This document shows, in pieces, positions 41,687 through 58,838 of a stretch of DNA of 64,000 bases (its first letter is position 1; each line of letters starts with the position of its first letter). The notes beneath the pieces were generated by a model. It was not told the DNA's origin. It searched no databases and saw only the letters and a list, made by a program, of their open reading frames with translations. Location of the stretch: NCBI RefSeq assembly GCF_014168815.1, contig NZ_AP021972.1, forward strand, positions 4,756,375-4,820,374, read 5' to 3'. The DNA is from Klebsiella sp. WP3-W18-ESBL-02 (lineage in GTDB: Bacteria > Pseudomonadota > Gammaproteobacteria > Enterobacterales > Enterobacteriaceae). The translations under genes and the position numbers were made by a program.

Positions 41687-44600
41687 TTAATCGGCATCGT
41701 AGCCGAGGTTTGGCGCCAGCCAGCGCTCCACTTCCGCCACGCTCATACCTTTACGCTGCGCGTAGTCTTCCACCTGATCGCGTTGAATTTGCGCCACGGC
41801 GTAGTACTTGCTGTCCGGATGACTGAAGTACCAGCCAGAAACGGACGCTCCGGGCCACATGGCGAAGGATTCCGTCAGCTTCATGCCGGTGTGTTTTTCG
41901 ACATCCAGCAATTCCCAGATAGTGCCCTTCTCGGTGTGCTCCGGGCAGGCCGGGTAGCCCGGCGCCGGGCGAATCCCCTGGTAGTTTTCACGAATCAGCT
42001 CGTCGTTACTCAGGTTTTCGTTCGGTGCATAGCCCCAGTAAACCTTACGCACGCGCTCATGCAGATACTCGGCAAAGGCTTCCGCCAGACGGTCGGCAAT
42101 CGCTTTCACCATGATCTTGTTGTAGTCGTCGTGCTGCGCTTCAAACGCCTCGGCCAGCGCATCTTCTTCCAGGCCGCCGGTCACGGCGAAAGCACCAATA
42201 TAGTCGGCTTTGCCCGAGGTTTTCGGCGCCACAAAGTCAGACAGGCAGTAGTTAGCAAAGCCGACTTTCTCGGTCTGCTGGCGCAGATGGCGGCTGACGG
42301 TCAGCACATGGGTACGCGTTTCGTCGCGATAGATTTCCACGTCATCGCCCACGCGGTTGGCCGGGAACAACCCGACGACACCACGAGGGTTGAGGGTTTT
42401 CTCGGCGCTGAGCTGATCCAGCATGTCGTTCGCGTCTTTGAACAGGCGCTTCGCCTCTTCACCCACGACTTCGTCTTCAAGGATGCGCGGGAACTTGCCG
42501 GCCAGCGACCAGGTCATAAAGAACGGCGTCCAGTCGATGTAGTTGCGCAGGGTTTCAATGCTGGCTTCCACTTCCTGCACGCCCAAACGGTGCGCCACCG
42601 GCGGCGTGTAGCTGTCCCAGTCAAACGCCAGATCGTTTTCACGCGCGGCAGCCAGCGTCACCGGCGGGGTACGCGGTTTCTTACGCCCGTGTTGGATACG
42701 CACGGTTTCGTACTCTTTACGCGTGCGCGCGACAAAGTCATCGTGCTGGGTGTCAGAGAGCAGCGCGGCGACGACGCCAACGGTACGCGAGGCGTTCTGC
42801 ACGTAAACCGTCGGGCCGCTGTAGTTCTGCTCAATTTTCACCGCCGTGTGCGCTTTCGAGGTCGTCGCGCCGCCAATCAGCAGTGGAATGGTAAAGCCCT
42901 GGCGCTCCATCTCTTTCGCCACGTTAACCATTTCGTCCAGCGACGGAGTAATCAGCCCGGACAGGCCAATCAAATCCGCATTGACCTCTTTGGCGGTTTT
43001 GAGAATTTTGTCCGCCGGCACCATCACGCCAAGGTCGATGATTTCGTAGTTATTACACTGCAGCACCACGCCGACGATGTTTTTGCCGATGTCGTGCACA
43101 TCGCCTTTCACCGTCGCGATGACCATTTTGCCGTTGCTGGAGCCTTTCTCTTTGCTGGCCTCAATGTACGGCTCAAGATAGGCCACCGCCTGTTTCATCA
43201 CGCGGGCGGATTTCACCACCTGCGGCAGGAACATTTTGCCCTCGCCGAACAGGTCGCCGACCACGTTCATGCCATCCATTAGCGGCCCTTCAATCACCTC
43301 GATAGGGCGCGCGGCCTGCTGGCGAGCCTCTTCAGTATCCAGCTCAATAAATTCGGTTATGCCTTTCACCAGCGAGTATTCGAGGCGTTTTTTCACGTCC
43401 CAACTGCGCCATTCGGCCTGCTGTGCGTTTGCGCTGTCGTCGGTTTTGCTGCCGCGATATTTCTCGGCCAGCTCCAGCAGACGTTCGGTGCCATCGTCAC
43501 GACGGTTAAGGATCACATCTTCAACCGCATCGCGCAGCTCGGCGGGCAGGTCGTCATAGATAGCCAGCTGCCCGGCGTTGACGATCCCCATATCCATGCC
43601 GTTGCGAATGGCGTAGTAGAGGAACACCGCGTGAATGGCTTCACGAACCGGATCGTTACCACGGAACGAGAACGACACGTTGGAGACACCACCGGAGATC
43701 AGCGCGTGCGGCAGTTCGCGTTTGATGTCTTCACAGGCACCGATAAAGTCCTGCGCGTAGTTGTTGTGCTCTTCAATGCCGGTTGCCACGGCAAAGATGT
43801 TCGGGTCGAAGATGATGTCTTCCGGCGGGAAGCCGACTTCTTCGGTCAGAATTTTGTACGCCCGGCGGCAAATCTCAATTTTACGCGCGCGGGTATCGGC
43901 CTGGCCGACTTCATCAAAGGCCATCACCACCACTGCCGCACCGTAGCGACGTACTTTTTTCGCATGCTCGATAAACGGTTCAATGCCCTCTTTCATCGAG
44001 ATGGAGTTGACGATGCCTTTGCCCTGAATGCACTTCAGCCCTTTTTCGATGACGTCCCATTTTGAGGAGTCGATCATAATCGGCACGCGGGCAATGTCCG
44101 GCTCACCGGCAATCAGGTTAAGGAAACGCACCATCGCCGCTTCGGCGTCGAGCATCCCCTCATCCATGTTGATATCGATAATCTGTGCGCCGCTTTCCAC
44201 CTGCTGGCGGGCGACGTCCAGCGCTTCGCTGTATTTCTCTTCTTTGATCAGGCGCTTAAACTTCGCGGAGCCGGTAACGTTGGTCCGTTCGCCGACGTTC
44301 ACAAACAGGCTGTCATCGCCAATGTTCAGCGGTTCGAGGCCAGACAGGCGGCAGGCCACCGGGATTTCCGGCAGTTTGCGCGGCGGCAAGCCATCAACCG
44401 CGCGGCTCATCGCGGCGATGTGTTCCGGCGTGGTGCCGCAGCAGCCGCCGACCACGTTGAGGAAGCCTGCTTCCGCCCATTCGCGAATTTGTGTCGCCAT
44501 GGTGTCGGCATCGAGATCGTATTCGCCAAAGGCGTTCGGCAGCCCGGCGTTCGGGTGCGCGGTAACGTAGCATTCGGCAATGCGCGACAGCTCCTGCACA

Positions 44601-45370
44601 TACTGGCGCAGCTCGTCCGGGCCTAAAGCGCAGTTCAGACCAAAAGTCAGCGCATCGGCGTGGCGCAGCGAGTTGTAAAACGCTTCGGTGGTTTGACCGG
44701 AGAGCGTGCGGCCAGAGGCGTCGGTGATGGTGCCGGAAATCATGATCGGCAGGTCGACGCCCAGCGCTTCAAACTCTTCTTTAACGGCAAACACCGCCGC
44801 TTTGGCGTTGAGGGTGTCAAAGACGGTTTCAATCAGGATCAGGTCGCTACCGCCTTCCACCAGCGCTTTGGTGGATTCGCGATACGCTGCCACCAGTTGA
44901 TCGAAGGTGATGTTACGGTAGGCCGGATCGTTGACGTCCGGTGAAATAGAAGCCGTGCGGTTAGTCGGGCCAAGCACGCCCGCAACGTAGCGCGGTTTAT
45001 TCGGCGTACGTGCGGTCCATTCGTCTGCCGCCGCGCGCGCCTGCTTCGCCGCCGCAAAGTTGATTTCCGCCGACAGGGATTCCATCTGGTAATCCGCCAT
45101 GGCGATGGTCGTCGAGTTAAAGGTATTGGTTTCGATGATATCCGCACCCGCCTCGAAGTAGGCGTTGTGGATAGCCGAAATCACCTCCGGCTTGCTGAGT
45201 ACCAGCAGGTCGTTGTTACCCTTCAGGTCGCAGGGCCAGTCGGCAAAGCGTTCACCGCGAAAATCCTGCTCGCTTAAATGATAGCCCTGGATCATGGTGC
45301 CCATGCCCCCGTCCAGAACCAGGATACGTTCATTTAACTGCCGACGTAATTGTTCAACTTTGCTGCTCAC
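41687..45370 (-). CDS. metH: Cobalamin-dependent methionine synthase MetH
   Basis: The GTG start gives [58 protein letters not shown]... (1227 aa). The ORF track begins two codons upstream, MRV. Confidence 0.96.
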   Translation of the reverse strand: MSSKVEQLRRQLNERILVLDGGMGTMIQGYHLSEQDFRGERFADWPCDLKGNNDLLVLSKPEVISAIHNAYFEAGADIIETNTFNSTTIAMADYQMESLSAEINFAAAKQARAAADEWTARTPNKPRYVAGVLGPTNRTASISPDVNDPAYRNITFDQLVAAYRESTKALVEGGSDLILIETVFDTLNAKAAVFAVKEEFEALGVDLPIMISGTITDASGRTLSGQTTEAFYNSLRHADALTFGLNCALGPDELRQYVQELSRIAECYVTAHPNAGLPNAFGEYDLDADTMATQIREWAEAGFLNVVGGCCGTTPEHIAAMSRAVDGLPPRKLPEIPVACRLSGLEPLNIGDDSLFVNVGERTNVTGSAKFKRLIKEEKYSEALDVARQQVESGAQIIDINMDEGMLDAEAAMVRFLNLIAGEPDIARVPIMIDSSKWDVIEKGLKCIQGKGIVNSISMKEGIEPFIEHAKKVRRYGAAVVVMAFDEVGQADTRARKIEICRRAYKILTEEVGFPPEDIIFDPNIFAVATGIEEHNNYAQDFIGACEDIKRELPHALISGGVSNVSFSFRGNDPVREAIHAVFLYYAIRNGMDMGIVNAGQLAIYDDLPAELRDAVEDVILNRRDDGTERLLELAEKYRGSKTDDSANAQQAEWRSWDVKKRLEYSLVKGITEFIELDTEEARQQAARPIEVIEGPLMDGMNVVGDLFGEGKMFLPQVVKSARVMKQAVAYLEPYIEASKEKGSSNGKMVIATVKGDVHDIGKNIVGVVLQCNNYEIIDLGVMVPADKILKTAKEVNADLIGLSGLITPSLDEMVNVAKEMERQGFTIPLLIGGATTSKAHTAVKIEQNYSGPTVYVQNASRTVGVVAALLSDTQHDDFVARTRKEYETVRIQHGRKKPRTPPVTLAAARENDLAFDWDSYTPPVAHRLGVQEVEASIETLRNYIDWTPFFMTWSLAGKFPRILEDEVVGEEAKRLFKDANDMLDQLSAEKTLNPRGVVGLFPANRVGDDVEIYRDETRTHVLTVSRHLRQQTEKVGFANYCLSDFVAPKTSGKADYIGAFAVTGGLEEDALAEAFEAQHDDYNKIMVKAIADRLAEAFAEYLHERVRKVYWGYAPNENLSNDELIRENYQGIRPAPGYPACPEHTEKGTIWELLDVEKHTGMKLTESFAMWPGASVSGWYFSHPDSKYYAVAQIQRDQVEDYAQRKGMSVAEVERWLAPNLGYDAD

Positions 45371-45565
45371 ACGCACTCCCGACCACGCTCAACGAAACCC
45401 AGAAAAAAGGTAATAAAGCATACTGGCATAAACTGGGGTGGCGGAAAAGGAAACAACCGTCTACATGAGACATGTTCAGCATGACTCATCGGAGCAGTAG
45501 AATCGGAGGTTGTATTATAATCAATAAAAACGAAAACTATTTCCACGATACAGAAAGGAGTTGCG

Positions 45566-46393
45566 ATGGTCGCCAACGTTCCTGCTAAACGCGGTAGAAA
45601 ACCCGCCCCTGCTACCGCCGCCGCCGCAACAGGCCAGGTGCAGTCGCTGACGCGCGGCCTGAAGCTGCTGGAGTGGATTGCCGAATCACACAGCAGCGTG
45701 GCGCTGACCGAACTTGCGCAGCAGGCCGGGCTTCCCAATTCCACTACCCACCGTCTGCTGACGACCATGCAGCAGCTTGGCTTCGTGCGTCAGGTCGGCG
45801 AACTGGGCCACTGGGCGGTAGGCGCGCACGCCTTTATCGTCGGCAGCAGTTTTCTGCAAAGCCGCAACCTGCTGGCGATTGTCCACCCCATTCTGCGTCA
45901 GCTGATGGAAGATTCCGGCGAGACGGTTAACCTGGCGGTACTCGATAAGAGCGACCATCAGGCCATCATTATCGATCAGGTGCAGTGTACGCAGCTGATG
46001 CGGATGTCCGCGCCGATTGGCGGTAAGCTGCCGATGCACGCCTCCGGCGTGGGTAAAGCGTTTTTATCCCAGCTGAGTGAAGAGCAGGTCACCGGGCTGC
46101 TGCACCGTAAAGGCCTGCACGCCTACACCCACGCCACGCTGGTGTCGCCGGTACATCTGAAGGACGACCTGGCCCAGACGCGCAAGCGTGGCTATTCGTT
46201 TGATGATGAAGAACATGCGCTGGGGCTGCGCTGCGTGGCGTCTTGCATTTACGACGAGCACCGCGAACCGTTTGCGGCCATCTCCATTTCCGGGCCGATT
46301 TCGCGCATTACCGACGACCGGGTCACCGAGTTTGGCGCAATGGTGATTAAGGCGGCGAAAGAGGTGACGCTGGCGTACGGCGGCATTAAATAA
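45566..46393 (+). CDS. iclR: Glyoxylate-bypass repressor IclR
   Basis: MVANVPAKRGRKPAPATAAAATGQVQSLTRGLKLLEWIAESHSSVALTELAQQAGLPNSTTHRLL... (275 aa) matches IclR. Confidence 0.96.
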   Translation: MVANVPAKRGRKPAPATAAAATGQVQSLTRGLKLLEWIAESHSSVALTELAQQAGLPNSTTHRLLTTMQQLGFVRQVGELGHWAVGAHAFIVGSSFLQSRNLLAIVHPILRQLMEDSGETVNLAVLDKSDHQAIIIDQVQCTQLMRMSAPIGGKLPMHASGVGKAFLSQLSEEQVTGLLHRKGLHAYTHATLVSPVHLKDDLAQTRKRGYSFDDEEHALGLRCVASCIYDEHREPFAAISISGPISRITDDRVTEFGAMVIKAAKEVTLAYGGIK

Positions 46394-46396
46394 ACA

Positions 46397-46420
46397 AAAT
46401 GCCCCAGAGGGGGCATTTTC
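46397..46420. terminator. Hairpin terminator after iclR
   Basis: AAAATGCCCC-AGAG-GGGGCATTTT is a perfect palindromic hairpin with flanking A/T runs. Confidence 0.7.
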
Positions 46421-46425
46421 GGCAG

Positions 46426-48254
<1,829 letters not shown>

Positions 48255-48260
48255 TCATAC

Positions 48261-48327
48261 CGGATGGCGCATTCGCTTATCCGGCCTACATATCGTTGTA
48301 GGCCCGGTAAGCGCTGCGCCACCGGGC
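48261..48327. repeat. REP/BIME element in the aceA-aceK spacer
   Basis: CCGGATGGCGCATTCGCTTATCCGGCCTAC is followed by GTAGGCCCGGTAAGCGCTGCGCCACCGGGC. Confidence 0.8.
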
Positions 48328-48332
48328 ATTAA

Positions 48333-49637
48333 TCAGAACTGCGACTCTTCGGTCGAACCGGTCAGCGCGGTCACCGAGGAGGTTCCGCCCTGAATAATGG
48401 TGGTGACATTATCGAAGTAGCCGGTGCCCACCTCCTGCTGGTGAGAAACAAAGGTGTAGCCATCTTTCGCCGCCGCGAACTCTGCCTGCTGAACCTTTTC
48501 AACGTAGTGCTTCATCCCTTCGCCCTGCGCGTAGGCGTGCGCCAGGTCGAACATGTTGAACCACATGCTGTGGATACCGGCCAGTGTGATGAACTGGTAT
48601 TTGTAGCCCATGTCAGACAGCTGCTGCTGGAAGCTGGCGATGGTTTTGTCGTCCAACTTTTTCTGCCAGTTGAACGACGGCGAGCAGTTGTAGGCCAGCA
48701 GTTTGCCAGGGTATTTCGCGTGGATAGCATCGGCAAAGCGCTTCGCCAGTTCCAGGTCCGGCGTGGAGGTTTCACACCACACCAGGTCAGCATAGGGTGC
48801 GTACGCCAGGCCACGGCTAATCGCCTGCTCAATGCCTGCGCGAGTACGGTAGAAACCTTCACTGGTGCGCTCGCCGGTAATGAAGTCGCTATCGTACGGG
48901 TCGCAGTCGGAGGTGATAAGGTCCGCCGCGTCGGCATCGGTACGGGCAATCAGCAGGGTCGGTACGCCCATGACATCAGCCGCCAGGCGCGCGGCGACCA
49001 GTTTCTGAACCGCTTCCTGCGTGGGCACCAGCACTTTGCCGCCCATATGACCGCATTTCTTCACCGACGCCAGCTGATCTTCAAAGTGTACCGCCGCTGC
49101 ACCGGCCGCAATCATCGATTTCATCAGTTCAAAGGCGTTCAGCACCCCGCCGAAACCCGCTTCCGCATCGGCAACGATCGGCAGGAAATAATCAACGTAA
49201 CGCGGATCGTTTGGTTCGATACCGTTCGCCCACTGGATCTGATCCGCACGGCGGAAAGTGTTGTTGATCCGATCGACCACCGCAGGCACTGAGTTCGCAG
49301 GATAGAGCGATTGATCCGGGTACATGCTGGAAGCCAGGTTCGCGTCCGCCGCGACCTGCCAGCCAGAGAGGTAAATCGCCTCAATGCCCGCCTTCGCCTG
49401 CTGTAACGCCTGGCCGCCGGTCAGCGCGCCAAGGCTGTTAACGTAGCCCTTTTTCGCTTCACCGTGCAGCAGGCGCCACATTCTGGCCGCGCCCAACTGC
49501 GCCAGCGTACATTCCGGGTTGACCGAACCGCGCAGTTTCACCACTTCCTCCGCGCTGTACGGGCGCTTGATGCCTTCCCAACGTGGCTGCGTCCATTCTT
49601 GTTGTAATGCTTCGATTTGTTGAGTACGAGTTTTCAT
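48333..49637 (-). CDS. aceA: Isocitrate lyase
   Basis: [60 protein letters not shown]... (434 aa) matches AceA. The ORF-track prefix MEHLH is trimmed. Confidence 0.97.
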   Translation of the reverse strand: MKTRTQQIEALQQEWTQPRWEGIKRPYSAEEVVKLRGSVNPECTLAQLGAARMWRLLHGEAKKGYVNSLGALTGGQALQQAKAGIEAIYLSGWQVAADANLASSMYPDQSLYPANSVPAVVDRINNTFRRADQIQWANGIEPNDPRYVDYFLPIVADAEAGFGGVLNAFELMKSMIAAGAAAVHFEDQLASVKKCGHMGGKVLVPTQEAVQKLVAARLAADVMGVPTLLIARTDADAADLITSDCDPYDSDFITGERTSEGFYRTRAGIEQAISRGLAYAPYADLVWCETSTPDLELAKRFADAIHAKYPGKLLAYNCSPSFNWQKKLDDKTIASFQQQLSDMGYKYQFITLAGIHSMWFNMFDLAHAYAQGEGMKHYVEKVQQAEFAAAKDGYTFVSHQQEVGTGYFDNVTTIIQGGTSSVTALTGSTEESQF

Positions 49638-49668
49638 GTGCAGATGCTCCATATTGTTATGTGGTGAA

Positions 49669-51270
49669 TTACGCCAGCAGGCGGTAGCCCGGCAGGGTCA
49701 GGAAGTCGATCAGTTCGTCGGAGGTGGTGATTTGCTCCATCAGGCGCGCGGCATCGTCAAAACGGCCGCCATTGAAGCGGGCTTCGCCCAGCTCGCCTTT
49801 AATTACCTGCAGTTCTTCCGTCAGCATCTGGCGGAACAGCGGCTTGGTTACCGGTTTGCCGTTGCTGAGGGTTTTCTGATGATGGATCCACTGCCAGATG
49901 GAGGTACGCGAGATTTCAGCGGTCGCCGCATCTTCCATCAGGCCATAAATCGGTACGCAGCCGTTGCCAGAAATCCACGCTTCGATGTACTGCACCGCAA
50001 CGCGAATATTGGCGCGCATCCCCTCTTCGGTTCGCTCACCGTTGCACGGCGCCAGCAGCTGTTCAGCGGTTATCGGCGCATCATCGGCGCGGGAAACGCT
50101 GAGCTGATTTTGACGATTGCCCAGCACCTCGTTAAACACGGCCATGGCGGTATCCGCCAGCCCCGGGTGGGCCACCCAGGTGCCGTCGTGACCGTTGTTG
50201 GCCTCCAGCGCTTTATCGGCTTTGACTTTATTCAGCACCAGCGCATTACGTTCAGCGTCTTTGTTCGGGATAAACGCCGCCATGCCGCCCATCGCAAACG
50301 CGCCGCGCTTGTGGCAGGTTTTAATCAGCAGTCGTGAATAGGCGCTGAGGAAGGGTTTATCCATCGTGACCACCTGGCGGTCCGGCAGCACGCGATCCGG
50401 GTGGTTCTTCAGCGTTTTGATGTAGCTGAAGATGTAGTCCCAGCGCCCGCAGTTCAGACCAACAATATGGTCACGCAGGGCGTGCAGAATTTCGTCCATC
50501 TGGAAGACGGCAGGCAGCGTTTCAATCAGCAGCGTAGCCTTGATGGTGCCGCGCGGCAGGTTGAAACGGTCTTCGGTATAGCAGAAGACATCATTCCACC
50601 AGGCGGCTTCCTGCCAGGCCTGCGTTTTCGGCAGGTAGAAATAAGGGCCGCTGCCTTTTGCCAGCAGCGCTTTGTGGTTGTGGAAGAAATACAGCGCAAA
50701 ATCGAACAGGCTGCCCGGGATCGCTTCGCCGCGCCAGGTCACGTGCTTTTCGGGCAGGTGAAGGCCACGCACGCGGCAAACCAGCACCGCCGGGTTCGGT
50801 TGAAGCTGATAGATTTTGCCCGCTTCGTTGGTATAGCTGATGGTGCCGTTGACGGCGTCGCGCAGGTTGATCTGCCCTTCAATCACCTTGTTCCAGTCCG
50901 GAGCCAGTGAGTCTTCAAAATCAGCCATGAACACTTTCACGTTGGCGTTCAGGGCATTGATCACCATTTTGCGTTCAACGGGCCCGGTAATTTCAACGCG
51001 ACGATCCTGCAGGTCGGCAGGAATGCCGCGCACCTGCCAGTTACCTTTACGAATGGAAGCTGTTTCCGAAATAAAATCAGGAAGTTTGCCGTCGTCAATA
51101 TCCTGCTGCTGCTGAATACGTGCGGCCAGCAGTTTATTGCGCTTTGGCGTAAATCGAGTCACCAGTTCGGTCAGAAACTCCACCGCTTCCGCCGTCAAAA
51201 CCTGCTTTTCCTGCTCGCCAGAAGGCTTCAGAAAAGCCAGTTCATCGGTTGTTGTGGCCTGTTGTGTCAT
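49669..51270 (-). CDS. aceB: Malate synthase A
   Basis: [61 protein letters not shown]... (533 aa) matches AceB. The ORF-track prefix MRSCT is trimmed. Confidence 0.97.
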   Translation of the reverse strand: MTQQATTTDELAFLKPSGEQEKQVLTAEAVEFLTELVTRFTPKRNKLLAARIQQQQDIDDGKLPDFISETASIRKGNWQVRGIPADLQDRRVEITGPVERKMVINALNANVKVFMADFEDSLAPDWNKVIEGQINLRDAVNGTISYTNEAGKIYQLQPNPAVLVCRVRGLHLPEKHVTWRGEAIPGSLFDFALYFFHNHKALLAKGSGPYFYLPKTQAWQEAAWWNDVFCYTEDRFNLPRGTIKATLLIETLPAVFQMDEILHALRDHIVGLNCGRWDYIFSYIKTLKNHPDRVLPDRQVVTMDKPFLSAYSRLLIKTCHKRGAFAMGGMAAFIPNKDAERNALVLNKVKADKALEANNGHDGTWVAHPGLADTAMAVFNEVLGNRQNQLSVSRADDAPITAEQLLAPCNGERTEEGMRANIRVAVQYIEAWISGNGCVPIYGLMEDAATAEISRTSIWQWIHHQKTLSNGKPVTKPLFRQMLTEELQVIKGELGEARFNGGRFDDAARLMEQITTSDELIDFLTLPGYRLLA

Positions 51271-51374
51271 GGTGCAGCTCCTCATTAGTGATCCGAATAG
51301 TTTCCCCGACTGATGAACGGACGATCGTTGCGTCGTTTTCGCTCAATGTTTTTAAGCCTAATCGCAAAAAATAA

Positions 51375-51398
51375 AAAATCAAAAACGATTTCCATTTT
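51375..51398 (-). promoter_or_regulatory. IclR operator in the aceBAK promoter
   Basis: The minus strand reads AAATGGAAATCGTTTTTGATTTTT, which matches the E. coli aceB IclR box AAAATGGAAATTGTTTTTGATTTTG. Confidence 0.7.
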
Positions 51399-51471
51399 TA
51401 ATTAAAATTAATCGCAACATATTGATTGGATTGAATTTAAAAATTCATATTTATGTGGGGTAGTTTTCGAA

Positions 51472-51497
51472 AACAAAAAAGGCACCCGAAGGTGCCT
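51472..51497 (-). terminator. Rho-independent terminator of metA
   Basis: On the minus strand the hairpin AGGCACC-TTCG-GGTGCCT is followed by TTTTTTGTTTT. Confidence 0.8.
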
Positions 51498-51541
51498 GTT
51501 TAAGAATGCTGAAACGCTTTAGGATCGTGAAGAGTAGCGGA

Positions 51542-52471
51542 TCAATCCAGCGTGGGGTTCATATTCCGCAGATCGTACGGTGTGATCTGGTAGACGTAGT
51601 AGTTGAGCCAGTTCGCAAACAGCAAATTGCCATGGCTGCGCCAGGTGGCATGCGGTTTGTTTTGCGGGTCATCTTTCGGAAAGTAGTTATAGGGGACCTG
51701 TGGGTCCAGACCCGCATCCACGTCGCGGAAAAACTCGCTCGCCAGCGTATGTGCGTCGTACTCCGGATGACCGGTAACGAAGGCAATACGTTTATCTTTA
51801 CTGGCAAACAGGTAAGCATCACCCTCCGCAGTTTCTGCAAGAATTTCCAGGTCGGTAAAATCGCGAATCAGTTTCGCCGGGAAGTCCGCGTAGCGAGAAT
51901 GCGGCGCCAGGAAAGTATCATCAAATCCGCGAGTCAGCAGGGCATGTGGATGAAGAATATGATGCTCATAGACGCCGGAAAGTTTATCGTCGCGAGTTTG
52001 CTTTGGTATTCCGTAGAGAATATTGAGTGCGGCCTGTACCGCCCAACAGACAAAGAGCGTCGAGGTGACGTGATCTTTTGCCCACTCCAGCACCTGCTGG
52101 ATCTGCGGCCAGTAGGCGACGTCGTTAAACTCAACCAGGCCGAGCGGCGCGCCGGTGACGATCAGACCATCGAAATTCTGGTCGCGAATGTCGTCGAAAT
52201 TACAGTAAAAGTTGTTCAAATGCTCGGTTGGCGTATTACGCGATTCACGCGCATCGATGCGCAGCAGCTGGATGTCCAACTGTAGCGGCGAGTTTGATAG
52301 CAAGCGTAAGAACTGGTTTTCTGTCTCTATCTTCTTCGGCATCAGGTTCAGGATCAGCACCTTCAGAGGACGAATTTCCTGACCTGTAGCACGCGATGTC
52401 GTCATTACAAAGACGTTCTCATCACGCAAGAAATTGACGGCTGGTAGCTCGTCCTGCACCCGAATCGGCAT
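51542..52471 (-). CDS. metA: Homoserine O-succinyltransferase
   Basis: [64 protein letters not shown]... (309 aa) matches MetA. Confidence 0.97.
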   Translation of the reverse strand: MPIRVQDELPAVNFLRDENVFVMTTSRATGQEIRPLKVLILNLMPKKIETENQFLRLLSNSPLQLDIQLLRIDARESRNTPTEHLNNFYCNFDDIRDQNFDGLIVTGAPLGLVEFNDVAYWPQIQQVLEWAKDHVTSTLFVCWAVQAALNILYGIPKQTRDDKLSGVYEHHILHPHALLTRGFDDTFLAPHSRYADFPAKLIRDFTDLEILAETAEGDAYLFASKDKRIAFVTGHPEYDAHTLASEFFRDVDAGLDPQVPYNYFPKDDPQNKPHATWRSHGNLLFANWLNYYVYQITPYDLRNMNPTLD

Positions 52472-52504
52472 AACCTTATTACCTCACAGCATACGTATAA
52501 ACGT

Positions 52505-52522
52505 TTAGACATCCAGACAGCT
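52505..52522 (-). promoter_or_regulatory. Putative tandem MetJ boxes in the metA promoter
   Basis: AGACATCCAGACAGC resembles two adjacent AGACGTCT met boxes. It aligns to the E. coli metA operator region TCTGGATGTCTAAACG. Confidence 0.45.
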
Positions 52523-52628
52523 AACGATACCCAGAATTCAACAAAATGTCGAGCCTGCATGTTCAAGGTGAGAAAGTTTCAATTACCCTGCGGTAGAATG
52601 CGGAAACGATTCTGAGAGGGATATTAAA

Positions 52629-53063
52629 GTGATTATACGACGTTCAGTGCACCATGAAGGCGAACAGCTGATCGCGATCTGGTGCCGTTCGGTTGATGCC
52701 ACGCATCATTTTCTTTCCGCGCAGGACAGAACAGCGATTGAAACACAGGTACGCGCGTTTTTGCCCGGTGCCCCGCTATGGGTGGCTGCGAATGCTAATG
52801 ATACGCCTGTAGCGTTTATGCTGCTGTCAGAGCATCACCTGGAGGCGCTGTTTGTCGATCCTGATGTGCGTGGTAGCGGTGTTGGGCGTCAACTGGTTGA
52901 ACATGCGCTGTCGCTGATTGCCGATTTAACGACGGATGTGAACGAGCAGAATGCGCAGGCCTTAGAGTTCTATCAGAGGATGGGATTTGATGTTACCGGG
53001 CGATCGGAGACGGATGACCATGGCCGGCCTTATCCGCTACTGCATTTGCGTCACAAACTGTAG
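52629..53063 (+). CDS. yjaB: GNAT-family N-acetyltransferase YjaB
   Basis: The 144-aa product has the GNAT motif ...ALFVDPDVRGSGVGRQLVEHAL.... It lies between metA and rrnB as in E. coli. Confidence 0.85.
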   Translation: MIIRRSVHHEGEQLIAIWCRSVDATHHFLSAQDRTAIETQVRAFLPGAPLWVAANANDTPVAFMLLSEHHLEALFVDPDVRGSGVGRQLVEHALSLIADLTTDVNEQNAQALEFYQRMGFDVTGRSETDDHGRPYPLLHLRHKL

Positions 53064-53067
53064 GTCC

Positions 53068-53100
53068 GTAGGCCGGATAAGGCGAGGCAGCCATCCGGCA
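53068..53100. repeat. REP element
   Basis: GTAGGCCGGATAAGGCGAGGCAGCCATCCGGCA. Confidence 0.75.
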
Positions 53101-53135
53101 ATGTGCACAATGCCGCATCCCACAAGGCGCAGACG

Positions 53136-53164
53136 CAAAAAAGCCCATCCGTCAGGATGGGCTT
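53136..53164 (-). terminator. rrn operon terminator downstream of 5S (rrnB T2-like)
   Basis: On the minus strand the hairpin AAGCCCATCC-TGAC-GGATGGGCTT is followed by TTTTTGCG, like the E. coli rrnB T2 hairpin. Confidence 0.8.
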
Positions 53165-53177
53165 CTTCACTTAATTG

Positions 53178-53297
53178 ATGCCTGGCAGTTCCCTACTCTC
53201 GCATGGGGAGACCCCACACTACCATCGGCGCTACGGCGTTTCACTTCTGAGTTCGGCATGGGGTCAGGTGGGACCACCGCGCTACGGCCGCCAGGCA
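53178..53297 (-). rRNA. rrfB: 5S ribosomal RNA
   Basis: The 120-nt minus-strand sequence TGCCTGGCGGCCGTAGCGCGGTGGTCCCACCTGACCCCATGCCGAACTCAGAAGTGAAACGCCGTAGCGCCGATGGTAGTGTGGGGTCTCCCCATGCGAGAGTAGGGAACTGCCAGGCAT matches enterobacterial 5S rRNA. Confidence 0.95.
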
Positions 53298-53389
53298 AAT
53301 TCTGTATTAACCCGCTTTTCGCCGGTCAATGTAATCTGTAATCAATGCTGAAAATCGTCTCAATTTCGCCAAAACATCTTCGGCGTTGT

Positions 53390-56296
<2,907 letters not shown>

Positions 56297-56515
56297 TCAC
56301 AACCCGAAGATGTTTCGTAAAACACCATCGTGTTGCGAAAATTTGAGAGACTCGAACACACCGCTTATCTGTTCTTATTACGGAGAACAGACACAGTGTG
56401 TCGTTTCAATTTTCAGCTTGATCCAGATTTTTAAAGAGCAAATATCTCAAACAAGACTCGGAAGTCTGTTTTGAGATACTAAGGTCGGCGACTTTCACTC
56501 ACACTAACCAGCAAG

Positions 56516-56591
56516 TGGCGTCCCCTAGGGGATTCGAACCCCTGTTACCGCCGTGAAAGGGCGGTGTCCTGGGCCTCTAGACGAAGGGGAC
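56516..56591 (-). tRNA. gltT: tRNA-Glu (UUC) in the 16S-23S spacer
   Basis: The minus-strand sequence GTCCCCTTCGTCTAGAGGCCCAGGACACCGCCCTTTCACGGCGGTAACAGGGGTTCGAATCCCCTAGGGGACGCCA is identical to E. coli tRNA-Glu and includes the encoded CCA. Confidence 0.95.
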
Positions 56592-56676
56592 ACTGAAGTC
56601 TCAATCGCAAGACGCCTTGCTATTTACTTTTCATCAGACAATCTGTGTGAGCACTTCAAAGAACGCTTCTTTAAGG

Positions 56677-58216
<1,540 letters not shown>

Positions 58217-58385
58217 AAGTTTGATGCTCGTGAATTAAACTTCGTAATGAATTACGTGTTCACTCAGAGACTTGGTATTCATTTTTCGTCTTGCGACGTT
58301 AAGAATCCGTATCTTCGAGTGCCCACACAGATTGTCTGATAAATTGTTAAAGAGCAGTGCAACACGGCTTTCGCTCACTGTTGCG

Positions 58386-58426
58386 AGGTGGCGTATATTA
58401 CGCCTTCCTCTTTCAGAGTCAACCCT
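58386..58426 (-). promoter_or_regulatory. rrn P2 promoter
   Basis: The minus strand reads TTGACT-N17-TAATAT (GGCGTAATATACGCC), homologous to E. coli rrnB P2 TTGACT...TATTAT. Confidence 0.75.
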
Positions 58427-58499
58427 GATTTTCAGGATTTTTTCTCTTCAACCTAACCGGCTAGTTGCTGTGAAGTGATTCACATCCGCCGTGTCGATG

Positions 58500-58535
58500 G
58501 AGGCGCATTATAGGGAGTTTCCCTGAGGCCGCAAC
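58500..58535 (-). promoter_or_regulatory. rrn P1 promoter, with UP/Fis region further upstream at about 58536-58640
   Basis: The minus strand reads TTGCGG-N16-TATAAT-GCGCC. ACTCCCTATAATGCGCC is identical to the rrnB P1 -10/discriminator, and the upstream region is AT-rich. Confidence 0.75.
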
Positions 58536-58715
58536 CCTTAAATTGCAGAAAAATGACTGACTGCTGCATTCCACAGCAGAACCCCGCCTTATACCCATTT
58601 ACACACAGAGTTATCCACAAAAATAAGGATCTCTTTCGAGAGTCACCTGGTTTTATTCCTCATCTATAGAGATGAAATAATGGAATTGAGGTAAAGAGAA
58701 AAATTCGCGAGCGTT

Positions 58716-58731
58716 GCGCAAACGTTTTCGT
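58716..58731. promoter_or_regulatory. PurR operator upstream of purHD
   Basis: GCGCAAACGTTTTCGT fits the ACGCAAACGTTTTCGT consensus and lies about 110 nt upstream of the purH ATG. Confidence 0.8.
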
Positions 58732-58838
58732 TACAATGCCCCCGCAAAACAAGGATGCCCCGTAAGGGGCGTTAGCTGAGTTTTTAGCCAAGAATTCACC
58801 TAACGCTCTCTGTAATAGTCAAATCCAGGGGATTTACC

